From Callorhinchus milii (taxonomy: Eukaryota), in the NCBI RefSeq assembly GCF_018977255.1, contig NW_024704743.1:65536001-65600000 (forward strand): DNA of 64,000 nt, written 5' to 3'. The position numbers and the translations under genes were made by a program. This document shows, one piece after another, positions 1-13,254 of the stretch. The notes under the pieces were generated by a model. That model was not told where the DNA came from. It did no database searches and saw only the letters and a list, made by a program, of their open reading frames with translations. Within the stretch, counting starts at the first letter, position 1. Each line of letters begins with the position of its first letter.

Positions 1-1068
1 AAAGGTCTTCAGCAGAGACCTGAGAATGGGAAGGGAGGGAATGAGACAAAGGGAGCGAGGAAGGCAGTTCCAGAGCCTCGGGGCATAGTGGCTGAAGGCA
101 CGGCCGTCGAACGTGGAGCGGAGGACTTGGGGGACGAGGAGGAGGCCAGACCCGGAGGAATGAAGACAACGGGTACTGTTTTGAGGAGAGAGGAGTTCAG
201 AGAGGTAGGGGGGTGCAGAGTAGTGCAGGGACTTGAATACGTGGGTGAGGATCTTGAAATCGATCCTCTCTGGGATAGGCAGCCAGTGCAGTCTGGCAAG
301 GACTGGGGTGATCGGGGAGCGGAGTTTGGTGCGGGTAAGAATGCGGGCTGCAGAGTTTTGAATGATTTGGATTTTATGGATGGTAGTGGATGGGAGACCG
401 GTGAGGAGGGCGTTAGGGTAGTCCAGCCGAGAGGTGACAAAGGCATGGACCAGGCTTTCAGCGGCTTTTGGGGAGAGGTATTGGCGGAGACGGGCGATGC
501 GTCGGAGGTGGTAGAAGGCGGTGCTAGTGAGGGACCGGATGTGGGGGAGGAAGAATAATTGGGGGTCGAACCTGACGCCTAGGGTTCAGAGAGTTTTAGA
601 TGGAGGAGGTCGGTTAGATGGAGGAGGTGAGAGCCATGAGACTTTAGTCGTTGACAAGAGCCAAAGAGTATGGCTTCCGTCTTGTCAACGTTCAAGTGAA
701 GGAAGTTTGCGCTCATCCAGGCCCTGAAATCTGGCAGGCAGGCTGACAGAACATCACGGGACTGGGAGTCGCAAAGAGAGGTGGAAAAATAGAGTTGGGT
801 GTCATCTGCATACATGTGGAAGTGTACCTCATATCTGCGGATGACATCCCCAAGAGGGAGCATGTAGATCAGAAAGAGGAGGGGGCCAAGGATGGATCCT
901 TGGGATACCCCACAGGTGACCGGGTGAGAGCGGGAGGAGAAGCTGTTTGTGCAGATGTACTGCTGGCGGTTTGTGAGGTAGGATTCGAACCAGACGAGTG
1001 CGGTCCACTGAGGTGGATGACGGAGGAAAGGTGGTGGAGGAGGATGGTGTGATCGACTGTGTCAATGA
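1..1068 (-). mobile_element. L2-clade LINE, 5'-truncated reverse transcriptase fragment
   Basis: Frameshifted ORFs with DTVDHTILL, MYADDTQLY and LHLNVDKTEAILFG; purine-rich + strand. Confidence 0.92.
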
Positions 1069-1247
1069 TCATTTTTGTAGGACCAATAACATAACACAGT
1101 AATCTCATTGATATAATCCTAATACCTACTGCAAAATTTGGATTTCTGCTCAATTTGGATTATTTATTTAGTTTAACCTTCCCCCCTTGAGCCTTTTAAC
1201 AAATTGTACATTTTGGAATAGCTAAGATTACCTTTTTTTCACTCTGT

Positions 1248-1665
1248 CTGTGTCAGCCTGGCTCATTTGGTAGCCTCTGAGTCGCTTATGGGTTCAAGCC
1301 CAATATGAGGTCTTTGATCTCACATAATTTAGATTGACAGTGCAGTACTGGAGTAGTGCTGCATTATTCGAGGTCCTTGAGATAAGTATTGAATTGAGGA
1401 CCCCTCTGCCAGTTCAAGCGCATGTTAAAGATCCCATGGTACTATTCGAAACCAGAGAGAAGTTTTTTCTCGTGTCCTGTCCAATAATCCCCCCTCCCAA
1501 ATTGAATTAGTTATTCGCTTCTTGGCTTTTGTAAATACTGTTGTGGGCAAATTGGCTGTCGCATTCCCCTACAAATCACACAATCACTAGGATTTACAAT
1601 AAATCTTGTGAAGCGCTTTGAGGCATCATCTCAATGTACAAGGTGCTTTATCAAATGCAAGGATC
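1248..1665 (+). mobile_element. Deu-domain SINE (SacSINE1/AmnSINE1-like), near full length, old
   Basis: gtgtcagcctggctca head, gcagtactggagtagtgctgca, taaagatcccatggtactatt, caaattggctg, and tail gtgaagcgctttgag...atcaaatgcaag. Confidence 0.85.
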
Positions 1666-2639
1666 GGCTTTGATTCCATTTCTATTTTATCAAGAAACAG
1701 ACATCTATTAGGGAGATGAGCATGGACAAAACAGAAAGGTGAAGGTGTCAAGATAAAGAATTGAGAAGGAGAGGTTACATAATTGTTATGAAACCACAAA
1801 TCTGGATGGATAACAAATGGGAAGAAAGGAATATTTGTGAAACCAGACAAATAAGATTAACTCTGTGTTAACAATTTACACCAGCAAGTATTGTTGGCAA
1901 TGTGAACAACACACTCCGTTTTGTCATTGCCATTAATATGACATTCATAGTAGTAGTTAGAAATATTAAACTTGCTTTCCTGCCTCTCCCAACCACCCAA
2001 AATCAAATGAACTGAGGTCCATTCCTTTGGACCCACATCCTGTCATCTTCCCCCTTTGCCACAGGATCATTCTATGGCTGACACTGTGATGAACATTATA
2101 GTTTTACTGCTGTAGCCATCACTGTATCTTGACTACAATGATTTTATATCCTTTAATTTGGGGGGATTTAAAGGGGAAGTGCTTGGTTCATTTTGGGTAA
2201 AGTCTTTTTTTTAGAATATGATCATCAGCAGCTGTGTGAATCACCAGTAATCCTTTTCATTGGTATTTAATTACATAATTATGCAAATAGCTATTGTACA
2301 CATCCATTTTACACAGTTAACAAAACGTGCACATTTTGCACATGGTTTTAGCACAACTCACAAATTAGACCCTGGTACAATAGTTGAGATCTGGAAAGTA
2401 ACTTGTCCAGTTCTACACTATTCTACCTTATATCAATCCTGTGAGTAACTCGTTCGTGCACATAAACTGAAATGACTACTTTTTTCAAAAGTGTGATGAG
2501 AAGGTTGTTTACGAACAGATAAGATTTAACAGCTTTGTGATTTGAAGGCATTTTCCCCAGGTTTGAGTAAAATATTTTAGCACATCTTAAACACGAAGCA
2601 GTGGGAGCCCTCTTACAGTTTGTTCCATTCTGTAAATGC

Positions 2640-3370
2640 AATGCAAAGGGTAGATTAAGAAGACCCTTCACTCCATTTGCTCTCATCTTTCCAGAATACC
2701 AACTCCTCTGTCTTCCCATTATAGCATCAAGTTCTTCTCCGAAGGAGTTGAGTGCCCTGACCCTTGACCTCAATCACCTTTCCTTTTGACCCATCCCAGA
2801 TATTGATTAGCCTTTGTATAAAGAAATACTAATATCTGACTAAACTTGCCCGTCACAAGCCTGACCTGTCCTTGTTTTGCCGCTTTGGTGTATTCCAGTT
2901 TACTTGGTCTATTTTGTTAAGCATTTTATATAGCACTATATGCTCCAGCGTTTCGTTATTGCTTGTCCTTCTAACATTGAGGATCATCTCTCTCCTCTAT
3001 ACTGCCATTAGGACCAAGGTGCCCCCTAATGTCAGGGTGACCAGAACTGCTAGTAAGTGTGGTCTGAACAGAACTGTGTACAGCCTGAGCATCATTTCTG
3101 GGAATTAAATTAATTTGATAATGCAGTCAATCCTCCTGTTTGCTCTGTTTATTGCTGCCTTATGGTTTGTCCTCTGTGAGCAATGAATCAAATCTTTTAA
3201 CTTCCCATTTGACATATTTTATCCCACGCATGGAATAAATGTGCCTCTTATTTTTATTTCAGCATTTTGTATTTATCTGTATTGAATTTCCACTGCCTAG
3301 GATCAGCCCAGATACAGACTGGTTGAGCTGAATGGCCTGTTTCCATGCTGTACATTGTAAATCTTTGAAT
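2640..3370. mobile_element. Degraded CR1 LINE fragments (minus-strand RT C-terminus and 3' end; plus-strand 3' tail near 3310-3370)
   Basis: The reverse of ccagaactgc...aagtgtggtct gives RPHL..QFWSP; tail gaatggcctgtttccatgctgta. Confidence 0.55.
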
Positions 3371-3439
3371 TAGACGCATGTTCTCTTCTGCTTTGTAAGA
3401 TATTCGATGCCTCTTCTGATTCAATGAGCTCTCTGGAGG

Positions 3440-3615
3440 ACGACTCAAAGGGTTTCACACAGCTGAGGTAGGTGGGTTGGTGGAAGATTAACCGAAAGTG
3501 TGGCTGAAGAGGTCTTAAAACAGGCTTTAAAAGTGGGGAGGGAGAGGTGGAGTTCCAGAGACCAGGGCCAAAATGTCTGAAAGCTCGCCCATCAGACAGG
3601 GGATACGGCCAGTGT
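3440..3615 (-). mobile_element. L2 3' fragment
   Basis: The reverse translates GRAFRHFGPGLWNS, typical of the L2 ORF2 end. Confidence 0.7.
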
Positions 3616-4097
3616 TCACTGATCAAGGAGAGTGGGAGTGGGTGAGGGGGTGGGATTGAGGTTTTGCTGGATGCCGCCGGACCTTTTTAGCTCCTTCTTA
3701 TCTATGCATCTGCTTCTTCTGTTTGTAAGTCGTATTCACTTCCATCATTCTGATTTAAATGTCTTTAATTCATGTTGTAAAACCAAGTTACCATTGGTGC
3801 CTGCCATGTCGCATGGTGAAGAGGATATTTAGCAAAGCTCTTGTGTTGATGGTGACACTGTCCTCTTCTAGAGCTCGTTTAACTGACTCTGGGAGTTGGG
3901 GGGAAATTTTCTCGGTAAATCCTTTCTTCTTTTGAATTAGGATTTCCTTGTTTTTCTCTGTTTTTCCTTTCTCCAAGGAGAAAAAAATGGACAATACCAG
4001 GAGAAACGTGTTGGTATACCTTGTGCAGTAAGTGGAGCAGAAGATTGCTCCCGGGAATCATTTTGGTAGGCATCTTGGCCTCCGTTTGCTCCTTCCG

Positions 4098-4168
4098 TTG
4101 AAGCGCTTTGAGATGTCTCAATGTCGTGATAAGGCGCTATATCAAATGTAAAGATTATTATTATTATT
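4098..4168 (+). mobile_element. SINE 3' tail only
   Basis: gaagcgctttgagatgtc...gcgctatatcaaatgtaaagattattatt. Confidence 0.8.
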
Positions 4169-4605
4169 CCTGTCTGTGGATCTTATACCATCAGTTTATT
4201 TTGAGTGCTTTTGGCATCTATGTCTACATATGTAGTTTTAGTCTTACCTCCTTAATCTCCCAGTCTGGTTGACTGCTCTTGCTATCTATGTTTCTCTTTG
4301 ATTTTTTTGTGTTTTAATATGATTAATTTCCCTTATTTTTAAGTCTGTTCCGTTTCCCCTTCACCCTGAACTCCAATCTTTTCCATCTTCTGATTGTCAA
4401 CAGACCTCTTTCTAATCTACAAAAGCATTTCCCCCTTTCCAAATTGAGGTAAAATTAATCCCAACTCCTGCATTCAGGTTTTGTGCTAATTGCAGCTGCA
4501 TTTCTTTTAAAGAATATATATTTTAAGAAAAGCTTGCATATTTACACAATTGTGAAACATTGGGACTGCATTGAATCTTTTTAATGCAAACTGTGAACAA
4601 ACACA

Positions 4606-4720
4606 GTTTGCCCACAAATATACAGTCAATTCACTTTACAGTGTGTTCTGTGAAGCGCTTTGGGACGTCCTCCCGACGTGAAAAGCGCTATATCAAATGC
4701 AAGGATTATTATTATTATTA
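4606..4720 (+). mobile_element. 5'-truncated young SINE (tail)
   Basis: Essentially identical to about 21810-21920; ends in (TTA)n. Confidence 0.9.
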
Positions 4721-6452
4721 AACAACTATAACATTTCACTTATTATCAGAATACCCCTGAATATAAATAAAATTGCTTTCCTCTGGTACTGTTGGTGTAT
4801 TTGACAAAGCTTAATACTGTATAGCTGAGCTGCATTAATGCTGTGTGGATATTTCTGCTTTAATGTACTGTACTATTAGAAGATTGTAATCTGTAGCTGG
4901 CAATATCTTGAAGGTCATAAGCACATTAGTTTATTTCTGCCTTTGGAAAAAAAACCTTGTGAGACTAATGCTCGTCAACCTTTTATGGAGTTGTTTGTTT
5001 CACAGTAAAATTGACCAGTTAATGCATACATTCAAAATATAATTTGTAAATTTTTGACTGTGATGGCGAGAGTTAGAGGATCTTTTTAACTACTGCCGCA
5101 GTTCAGCATTTCTCTTTATTTCTCGTTGTGCTTGATATCAGTCTAAATCACAAACTCTTTGTGTTAGTTGCCAAGTGGAGTAGAGGATGACTTTTTCTTT
5201 GTTGTAGTCAAAAATAATGAATAATAAGTTGCCCAAGTCCTAGACCTAGAATAAAACAGAACAGCAGAGGGAGCTCTTGTTCAGTTATTCAAGTAAGGTC
5301 TTTTGATGTCTCTTGACTTGTTTCTAAAACTCTCTTTCTAATCTAATTGTTTGACAAACTTGGTTGTTGTCCTGTGAGTTTGCTCTCACCTCTATATTCT
5401 ACTTCCTCTCCTCCTTCCTTGGTGCCCCTATCATCTCTGCGAAGTTCTTTGAGATGTTTATTGTCCATGAAGATCGTTGGACGTAGGAAAAACAGAAACA
5501 GGAAAACAATCCTGTTTCACCAGTTTATCAGATTTTGGCAGATCTTTTAATTCCAGTGCACCATACCCAGCCCCCCCACTTCCCATAACAGCCCAAGTAT
5601 CTGTCTCACTCATTTAAACATCCCTATTTTGTTTAGGGAAGCTCCACAACTTTCTTGGGAAACCCTTTATATGTAGAAATGTTTCCTGACCTCAGTTTTA
5701 ACTTGTTTTTGATTTTGAGGCTCTTCTCCCTTCTAAGGAATCCAATTACCAAATAGAAGAGTGGTCTAATATAAATTCATATACGGTAAATTGGCTGCCA
5801 CAGTCACAACACTTTACAGTATATCTGGTGTCAAGCTTTAAGACAACCTCCTGACATGAAAGGCACATGTCAAATTATTGATCTTTTTGATAGCAACTGC
5901 ACCTTCGCTGGAAATCTTGAATGAATGATTTGTATTTACACCCAATTCCTATCAAAGCTAGGCGTGAGTCCTAAACTGAAAGTAGTTCTGTGTACAACCA
6001 GGGCATCTCCCAGCAAGTTGACAAAAGTCTTTTCTCACAATTGGTGGGAGTGAACAAGTAACGTTTTGATGATAAGCCAACACAGGAAATTGATTTATAG
6101 TTTCCAGATGTTGCTTTGCTAATGTAAAAAAGTGTTGCCTGGATAAAACTATTTTGAGAGGAAGTTAAACTCGAGCAACATTGACTCAAGTTACGTTACA
6201 GAATGTACGGTTAATATTTCATTCAGAAACTACTGTGTGTAAAGAAACATTCTAAGCTTGTTCTTTCTTGTTGATAATAACAGCCTGGGTTATAATTTCA
6301 CCAATTGTTCTTTATGAAGATAATTGTCTATAAGATATGAGAGTTCAGTACAAATTCTCTTCACCCAAATGCCCCTCAATACACTACCTCTTGACCTCTG
6401 AGTGACTTCAAGCTCCATCTGTAGCAGCAAATCTTTGTGCAATCCATTTTAG

Positions 6453-6524
6453 ATTGAGTCGCAAATGCAGTCTCCAAATACAGTTACAGCTGCCTCCAAC
6501 TCAGGTACACATACGTTGGAGCAG
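6453..6524 (+). CDS. Candidate alternative TNS3 exon, (IESQ)MQSPNTVTAASNSGTHTLEQ
   Basis: Perfect CAG|GTGAGT donor in phase 0. ATG at 6465 and a possible ttttag acceptor at 6452 are both in frame with exon 8867. Confidence 0.35.
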
Positions 6525-8580
6525 GTGAGTAAATATTTTTGGGTGACCTTAATTCATTGGCGTTTGTGTTTTTTGCACATTTTATTTTTTATGTTAACAA
6601 GTGACTTCTGCACTGAGCCAGCATGTTTGGAAAATAGAGTGGTGGCACAAAGTGGTGCATAGTTCTCATGTGTCTCCTCCTTCACAGTGCTCTCTACTTC
6701 AGACCACGATGTGTTTGTGCCCTAAATGGATAGCAAGGATTTGGCAGTGTTGAAAGGAATATGAAAGTAACATTTTGGATTTAAAGAATTTTGGAAGAAA
6801 GCTCTTCTTCCCTCTGTAATCTTGTGTAACACATCTGGTTTGATGGTTATTTTGAAATTTTAGAATGCAAAAATGCTACATTTGATAATTTTTTAGTTTG
6901 TGGCATTTTTCACCACTGTGTCTTTAATAATAATAAATAATATCTATGTCTTTAGATTCAAATGTACAAGTATCTTTTTAGTGAAATCTGGGACTGCACA
7001 GCTGAAGCCCATCAAATGAATCATCCAGATGGAGTTGGTATTGATTGCCATCTTTGTCTGCTTGGGTTGTTGGAAAATTATTTTCAGTGTTTGCTGAGTG
7101 CAGAGTCTGTACCAGAGTTGTTGTTTGATTACACAGAACTTTAGCTTGTGAGAGGCAGTAGATGATGGAGTCAGTTTGGAGCTGAATGAAAGCCATTTCT
7201 AACAAGTCTGGGACTGCTTAGATTTCAAAATGCTTTGATTTACAGTTAGCTGTATATATGTGGACCACAAGTGAGGTTGTGAAAGTATTTGGAAATGAAT
7301 TTTGTCAGATGAGAAGAAAAGATGAGTTCCCAGCCTGTGTTGGTCTGAGTGTCTGTAACATGACAGATGCAGCCAAGACTAGACCATTGGTCTGTCTAAC
7401 TTACCTCTGTGTGAGTGTGTGGGTGTACTCTAGAGCGTGCTTGTGTTACTTCCTGCGTGCTCATGTTTGGCTCTGTGCTTTGTGTGATTGTGCTTATGCG
7501 TTTCTGAGTGTATATCGCTGTGTAAAGTGTGCATGCGTGTGTGTATGGCGTTGCATGTATTTCTCAGGCCTCGGGAGTTCTGGCTCTGATCCAATTTAAC
7601 GTGGTTTGTTTTGAGGGTATAATTGTTAAACTCAAACTGCAGAATGGCACCACAGCCGTGTTGAAAATAAATGCATTCATGAGATTTCTAAAGTTTCCAA
7701 AATATTTCTGCTTATAAAGGACCTCTTGTTTTAAAAATTGCAGTTCATTTAAGAAACCCAGTGACCCACTGGGCCTGGTTTGCTCAGAGAGAGCTTGTCC
7801 TGTGCAATACGTATAGAATAATGAATACCTGGGGTTAAGTTGCAAACTGAAATCAATTAAAGAGTTCTCAGAGCCAGTGTGTGACAGCACACTCTGAACC
7901 CTGAGGTGGAATTACTGAGTTTACCACTGAGATTTCTTCCCCAAATAAAGTGATTTTTGTCTCAGCCTCTTCTAGATTAAAAGGGATGGTGCATTTTGGC
8001 ATATTAGCTACAGCAAATATAATTTCCACTACTTATTGTGAAATGGAATCATAATCACGAATGAAGAATGTACTGTCATCTCAAAAGTATTAAAATGAAA
8101 CCAAGCCTTGCACAAATCGTAAGGACTGTAACAATTCAGTGACCTCTACTTTGAAACCGTCCATGAGAAAAATGATTGAAAAGTTTAAGGTGAAGCAGGC
8201 AAGCAGATGCGCAAGGAAGGTAGTGCATCAGCTTAATACTTAAGTGAAAATCTCTAGTGATAACAGATTGTGTTATGTAATTAATTAAGTGGGCTAATTG
8301 TCTGTCGGTAAGCACTTGTTTATTCATACACACTGCACCTTTCAAACATGCAGCAAAACCTTTTTTCCTCTTGGACAAATTGGTGTTCCTCCTGGATAAA
8401 TCAGTGACTAAAATGGATGTGTGCATGTTAGACAAACTATATACTTGGTGGAAGACTGTGTTTTGGACAGAGGGACACAGATATAATAATTTGGAACCAC
8501 TCCATTACAATCTCGCAGTGGTGTGTATTTACACTGTTACTTTGCACTTGCTTAGTTACACAATGTGTTTTTATCAGGAA

Positions 8581-8625
8581 GTGTGTGTGTGTGTGTGGTG
8601 GGGGGGGGGGGGGGGGGTGAGGGGA
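8581..8625 (+). repeat. (GT)n microsatellite followed by an 18-nt G run
   Basis: Read directly from the sequence. Confidence 0.95.
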
Positions 8626-8866
8626 GTGTGTTCCAGGAATGTGCTGCTTGCAAGCTAGTTAATATTTTCCTAGAAAAAAATACCTCCTGCTTTGGAAACA
8701 GTTGTTATGACTCGGTCTTCTTCACGGTCAAATGTGAATCTAAGAAAGTGACTTTGTTTTCGGGTGTGTGGAAGTGTGTAACTTCAGAGATTATGATTTT
8801 TTTTATTCTTTCCTTAACTTTTTCGAAGCTCTGTCATCAACTCTGTTTATATGTTTTTCTTTCCAG

Positions 8867-8905
8867 GTGGTGACGCCTTGTTTGCCACCAGTCAACTATG
8901 AACTG
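8867..8905 (+). CDS. TNS3: TNS3 upstream exon VVTPCLPPVNYEL (end of C1 domain region), phase 0-0
   Basis: tttttctttccag| 39 nt |gtaagt. The peptide resembles the tensin segment after the C1 core (TNS1 VAAPCVPPSNHEL as recalled). Confidence 0.85.
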
Positions 8906-11900
8906 GTAAGTACATCCCTCTGTGACTTTTTTTATTGTAACGTCATTGACAAGTGGCTGGTGATCCGAACACTGCATTGAGTACATTAAATAAGACTGAG
9001 CAGCTTTGCTTCATTACAATAATCAAATGAAGAACACAGAATAGAATCATGAGTGTGCTCTGACTGTTGATTTTACGTCAAGACCTGGAGTGTTGAGGGA
9101 CCTTGGACTGTCTGTTACGCAAATGGAAAGGTGAGTACAGGTGAATAAACAAGCAATTGCTGGCCTTGTACCAGTATTAAAATACACATTTGTCAACTAT
9201 CAGTACTGTCATAAGCAGCAGGTTGGAGACCTGGGAATTAATGGGAATTGGTCAGTAGATCTGTATCTTGGTGAAAGAATGAAAGCATTGTTTGTCAGTC
9301 ATTCTGAAATATAATGCATGCTATGAAACAACATATGGCCCACAGACCATACAAATCCCCAGTCACAAAGCAAGCATCTTTTATAATGGTTTTCTACTCG
9401 CAAGTACTGGTTGCAGCCTGAAGCATAATGTATTAATCTGTGGTTAGTTGAAGAACACTGTAACTGGATTTAGAAACAATTGCCACTGTTGCACTCCAAA
9501 TGTTAGCTTTATGTCACAGAATAACTGAAATAATAGCTCAATGGCTGGCTAGAGGTTAACAAATGGAAAATGTTGAAAGTGTTTGTTCTGCATTGCACTT
9601 CAAACTGGATATTTGTACCTGCTGTGTAGGCAAATGCTTTTACAACCATGCTTTAGAGCCCATTGTCAATACTGTAAATATTATTAACTACAGCACCCTA
9701 TTGAGGTTTTTTTTTGTTATCCATCTTTTAATTACTTGTGCATTTTGAGAGATGTAGAATTAAAACAAATTACTGTATGAGATTGAAGACGTGAGATTAA
9801 TTGGATTTTTCCAGATACAGTAAAAGACACAGAAGTCAGGACCATGAAATTTAATATGAATTATGCAAAGTCCGAGTTGCAGGTGAAGTTTTATAAATTG
9901 TATAAAATCTGATTTAATCAATAATCTACACTGCGCAATTGTGTAATTCAATGCAGCTGGTAAGTGCACAAGTGGTAGTTTGTCACTGCAGCTGGTAAAT
10001 GCGCCAGCGGTGACAGGTAACACTACATTTCATGCGATTCAATGTGACTTGACCTGTCGCCACATACAACAAAAACATGCACTTATATAGCGCCCTCCAA
10101 GCAGGGTAGCGTCTCAGAGTGTCCCACATGCGCATTTACTGGTAAGCCTTGGAATCACTTTGAATCGCGGGAAATGAAGTTCTGCGCATGAGCCGATGGA
10201 TCAAGACTACGCTTCTCGCAATTCAATGCAGCCAGTCAGGAAGTGCACATTAGTCGACGAGTCAAGACATAATTTCCTGCGATTCAAGCAGCTGTTAAGA
10301 GAGGGAATAATGGAGGATAGGGGAGCAGTGTTATGAGTTAGGAGATGGTTAATATGACTGGTCCAAAGAAAGCTAAATGGTTTTGATAGGAAACTGAATG
10401 AAACTTGGATGGATGGATGAGTTAGGCGATTATACGATTTATAAAGATAAGACTTATGTGATTTTTACTGTAACTCCATTTCAAACATTGAGGAAAATTG
10501 GGACCGGAAGACATATTGGTTTACCACTGACCTTTCTGGGATCTGGTATTGAATCCAGCCTTGACAGAAGAACTTCCTGCTAACTGTAAGGGCCCCATGT
10601 GCGAAGCTTGTACCACATTGCATTTTATGAGTAGCAAACCACTTTTTGGAAAGGATGGAAATAAATTGTTCAATTGTGTTTTTTGGCAACAAAACTGTAA
10701 GATCTTCATGTTTGGTCAACCTTGGGACCAAACCTCAGTGAGCTACAATAGGAAAGGAAAGCAATTTCCTTCGACTCCTTAGAGTTGTATCCCCAACCTA
10801 GGAGTGAAAATCCACTAATTTGGAATGAGAGGTACTGTATAAAGTTTTATAGCTTGTGGATACATAGCAAATTGTTTGTTTAATATTTTTTATATCTTTG
10901 TTTAATATCCTGAGGTAACCTAGGACCTCTGTGAGCTAACTCAATTTGGTGAATTTAAATGTAGATATTATTACAGATTGAAAACTTTGGCAATTTTCTC
11001 ACAGAGATTTGTGTCTCACAGATAGATTTTATTCCCCCTTTAAATATCCACATAAAAAAGACATTTGAATTCCGAGAAAGTTTTCAAAAATTATTCTTAT
11101 CTTCTAAAGATGAAAGAAAAAAATGAGAAGTTAATATGAATGGTTCTGTTGCAGAAAAGGATTGATTGCTTTAGGATGACGACTGTCACAAACAAATGAA
11201 CAGTTTGTGTTTGGGGTGGTATCAGGGAACACTTGATTCTGCGGTCAGTGGGTACATTCCACCCTGGATGGATATTGCAGTGTTCTCATAACGATTCTCA
11301 CTGTGTTGGAGGAGTCGTGAATTGAAGGACACAAAATTTCCCTTCTGGATTTGCCCAAGGATAGGATTATTTTGGAGAAAAAACAGGTAACCTCAATGAC
11401 ACAGTAATCCATGGACCTTCTGGTAAAGTGTTGCATTACGTGGCCTTTCCCTGGAGGGGAGTTTTCCAAAGAGTCCAAAAGCTTATTTGATGAACAGAAG
11501 CTACTTGTTTGGTCTGTTCATATGAAATCGAAAGCTTTAAATCTTCTGGGACATAAATTATGAATAGAAAATCTGTTGGACAAAGTATGTTCCAAGACAT
11601 GAATGCCTTTTGGATCCTTAATCAAAACTTCATGAAAAATTTTATATTTCTAAAATTGTGACATAAAGGAGTCTCTTGGCAGTCTTCTTCCTTTGGGTGG
11701 AAACTAAGCACATCTACCATGGTTGATGGATTGAATATTTATTTACTTGATTTTAGACACTGATTTGCTTTGGAAGGCAGTAGATTGAATTTAGAACAGT
11801 CTGAATATCAGGGTTAGTTTTAAAATAAGATTTTCAAGAAAGCCCAGAAAAGAAGAAACTTATTGGCCTCTCAAGCCTGTTTCTTTCATAGACCGTGTAC

Positions 11901-13254
11901 AATCTACTCCCAACAACAAATTCTACCAAATTCATTATTTTTCCCAAGGAACAGTTCTGCTAAGTTTCTTGTTCCTTTCAGAAATAATAATAATCCTCGT
12001 ATTTAATGTAGTGTCGTTCATGATAAGTGGACATCTCAAAGCGCTTCATGGAAAGTGTAGTGCCTGTGTATTTCTTTTGGCATATTAAGCAAATATCTAT
12101 AATTTCTAGTCCTACAACCTTCATTATTTATCTTTGACCAATTGCCCTCCTTCACTAACATTTTAATTGTCCCGGGAGCACGTAGTATTAGGTATCAACA
12201 ACAACTTGCATTTATATAGCGCCCCTCAGTTGGGTCAGTGTCTTGATACGGTTGGAAGTCTGGCAATGTGACGGAAGTTAAACTTGTAAATTAAATTTGC
12301 TGCTGTTGTTAATTTGGGCAGAATGCACATCACTGCAGCCGAATTCACTTATAATGCTGTTGCACTATAGCCTCTGTTCATTGCTCATGTATGTAGGCAC
12401 CCCACTAATTTACTGTGTGCTTATGGCTTCTTGCGTTAAAATGGTTGACTTCTAGACCATTTGTATTGGTATTGCATCTTGCTTTGCTGCACAAAACACT
12501 TAGTGATGTCAATACCAATCTAAGGACCCCAAAGTTGACCATTTTAACTTCCCATATTTAAAAAAAAAGCTGATTTCCGCGTCATTCAGTTGCTGCCACC
12601 ATTGCTTCATGCTTTGCACAAGATTAGCAAACAGGAAGTGATGATGCATTGACCCATTGTTCCGGAAGTTGCCTATTTTTACTTTTAATGCAAGGACCAG
12701 CCAGTGCTCCATGCTCACCAACAAGTGGGTATTTAGGACATTTTCCAAGAGCCCCTTATGATTTGCTCCCAAGCGATTCCCAGGAACTGCCACCCTTATT
12801 CAACCTCAGAATCCTGAGCGCTTTCATGGAGCCAGTCCACCACTGTGCACACATGCAGTCAAACCAGTTTTATGAATCCCACACAAAGCATTATAATGGG
12901 CCTGTAATGTAAAGGATTATAAGGCAGCCACCTGCATTACCTATGAGAAGAGTTGAGTTTAAAGATCATGGGGGAAATAATGCTTATCAATGCACTTTGA
13001 TTGCTTTGCAGCAGCTTGGCAGCTCATCATTTGAAGGTGCGAAACAACACTTATTGAAATCAACCTGATAAAGAGCTCCTTTGTGCCAGCAGAGGAATTT
13101 TCAGACAGACTCTGGTGTCAGAGTTGACACTTTGTTTCAACTTGTGGTTAAGAAATGAAGATGGCGCAGTTAACTCTCCCCCATCCCAACCCCCCCCCCC
13201 CCACTAAGATGATGAGAAGCGAGGCCTGCAAATGGAGATCTTAACATCAAGGCA

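Noticed and set aside
7258..7599. Cys/Val-rich 113-aa ORF (also 37663-37872)
   Set aside because: Translation of TG-rich low-complexity sequence.
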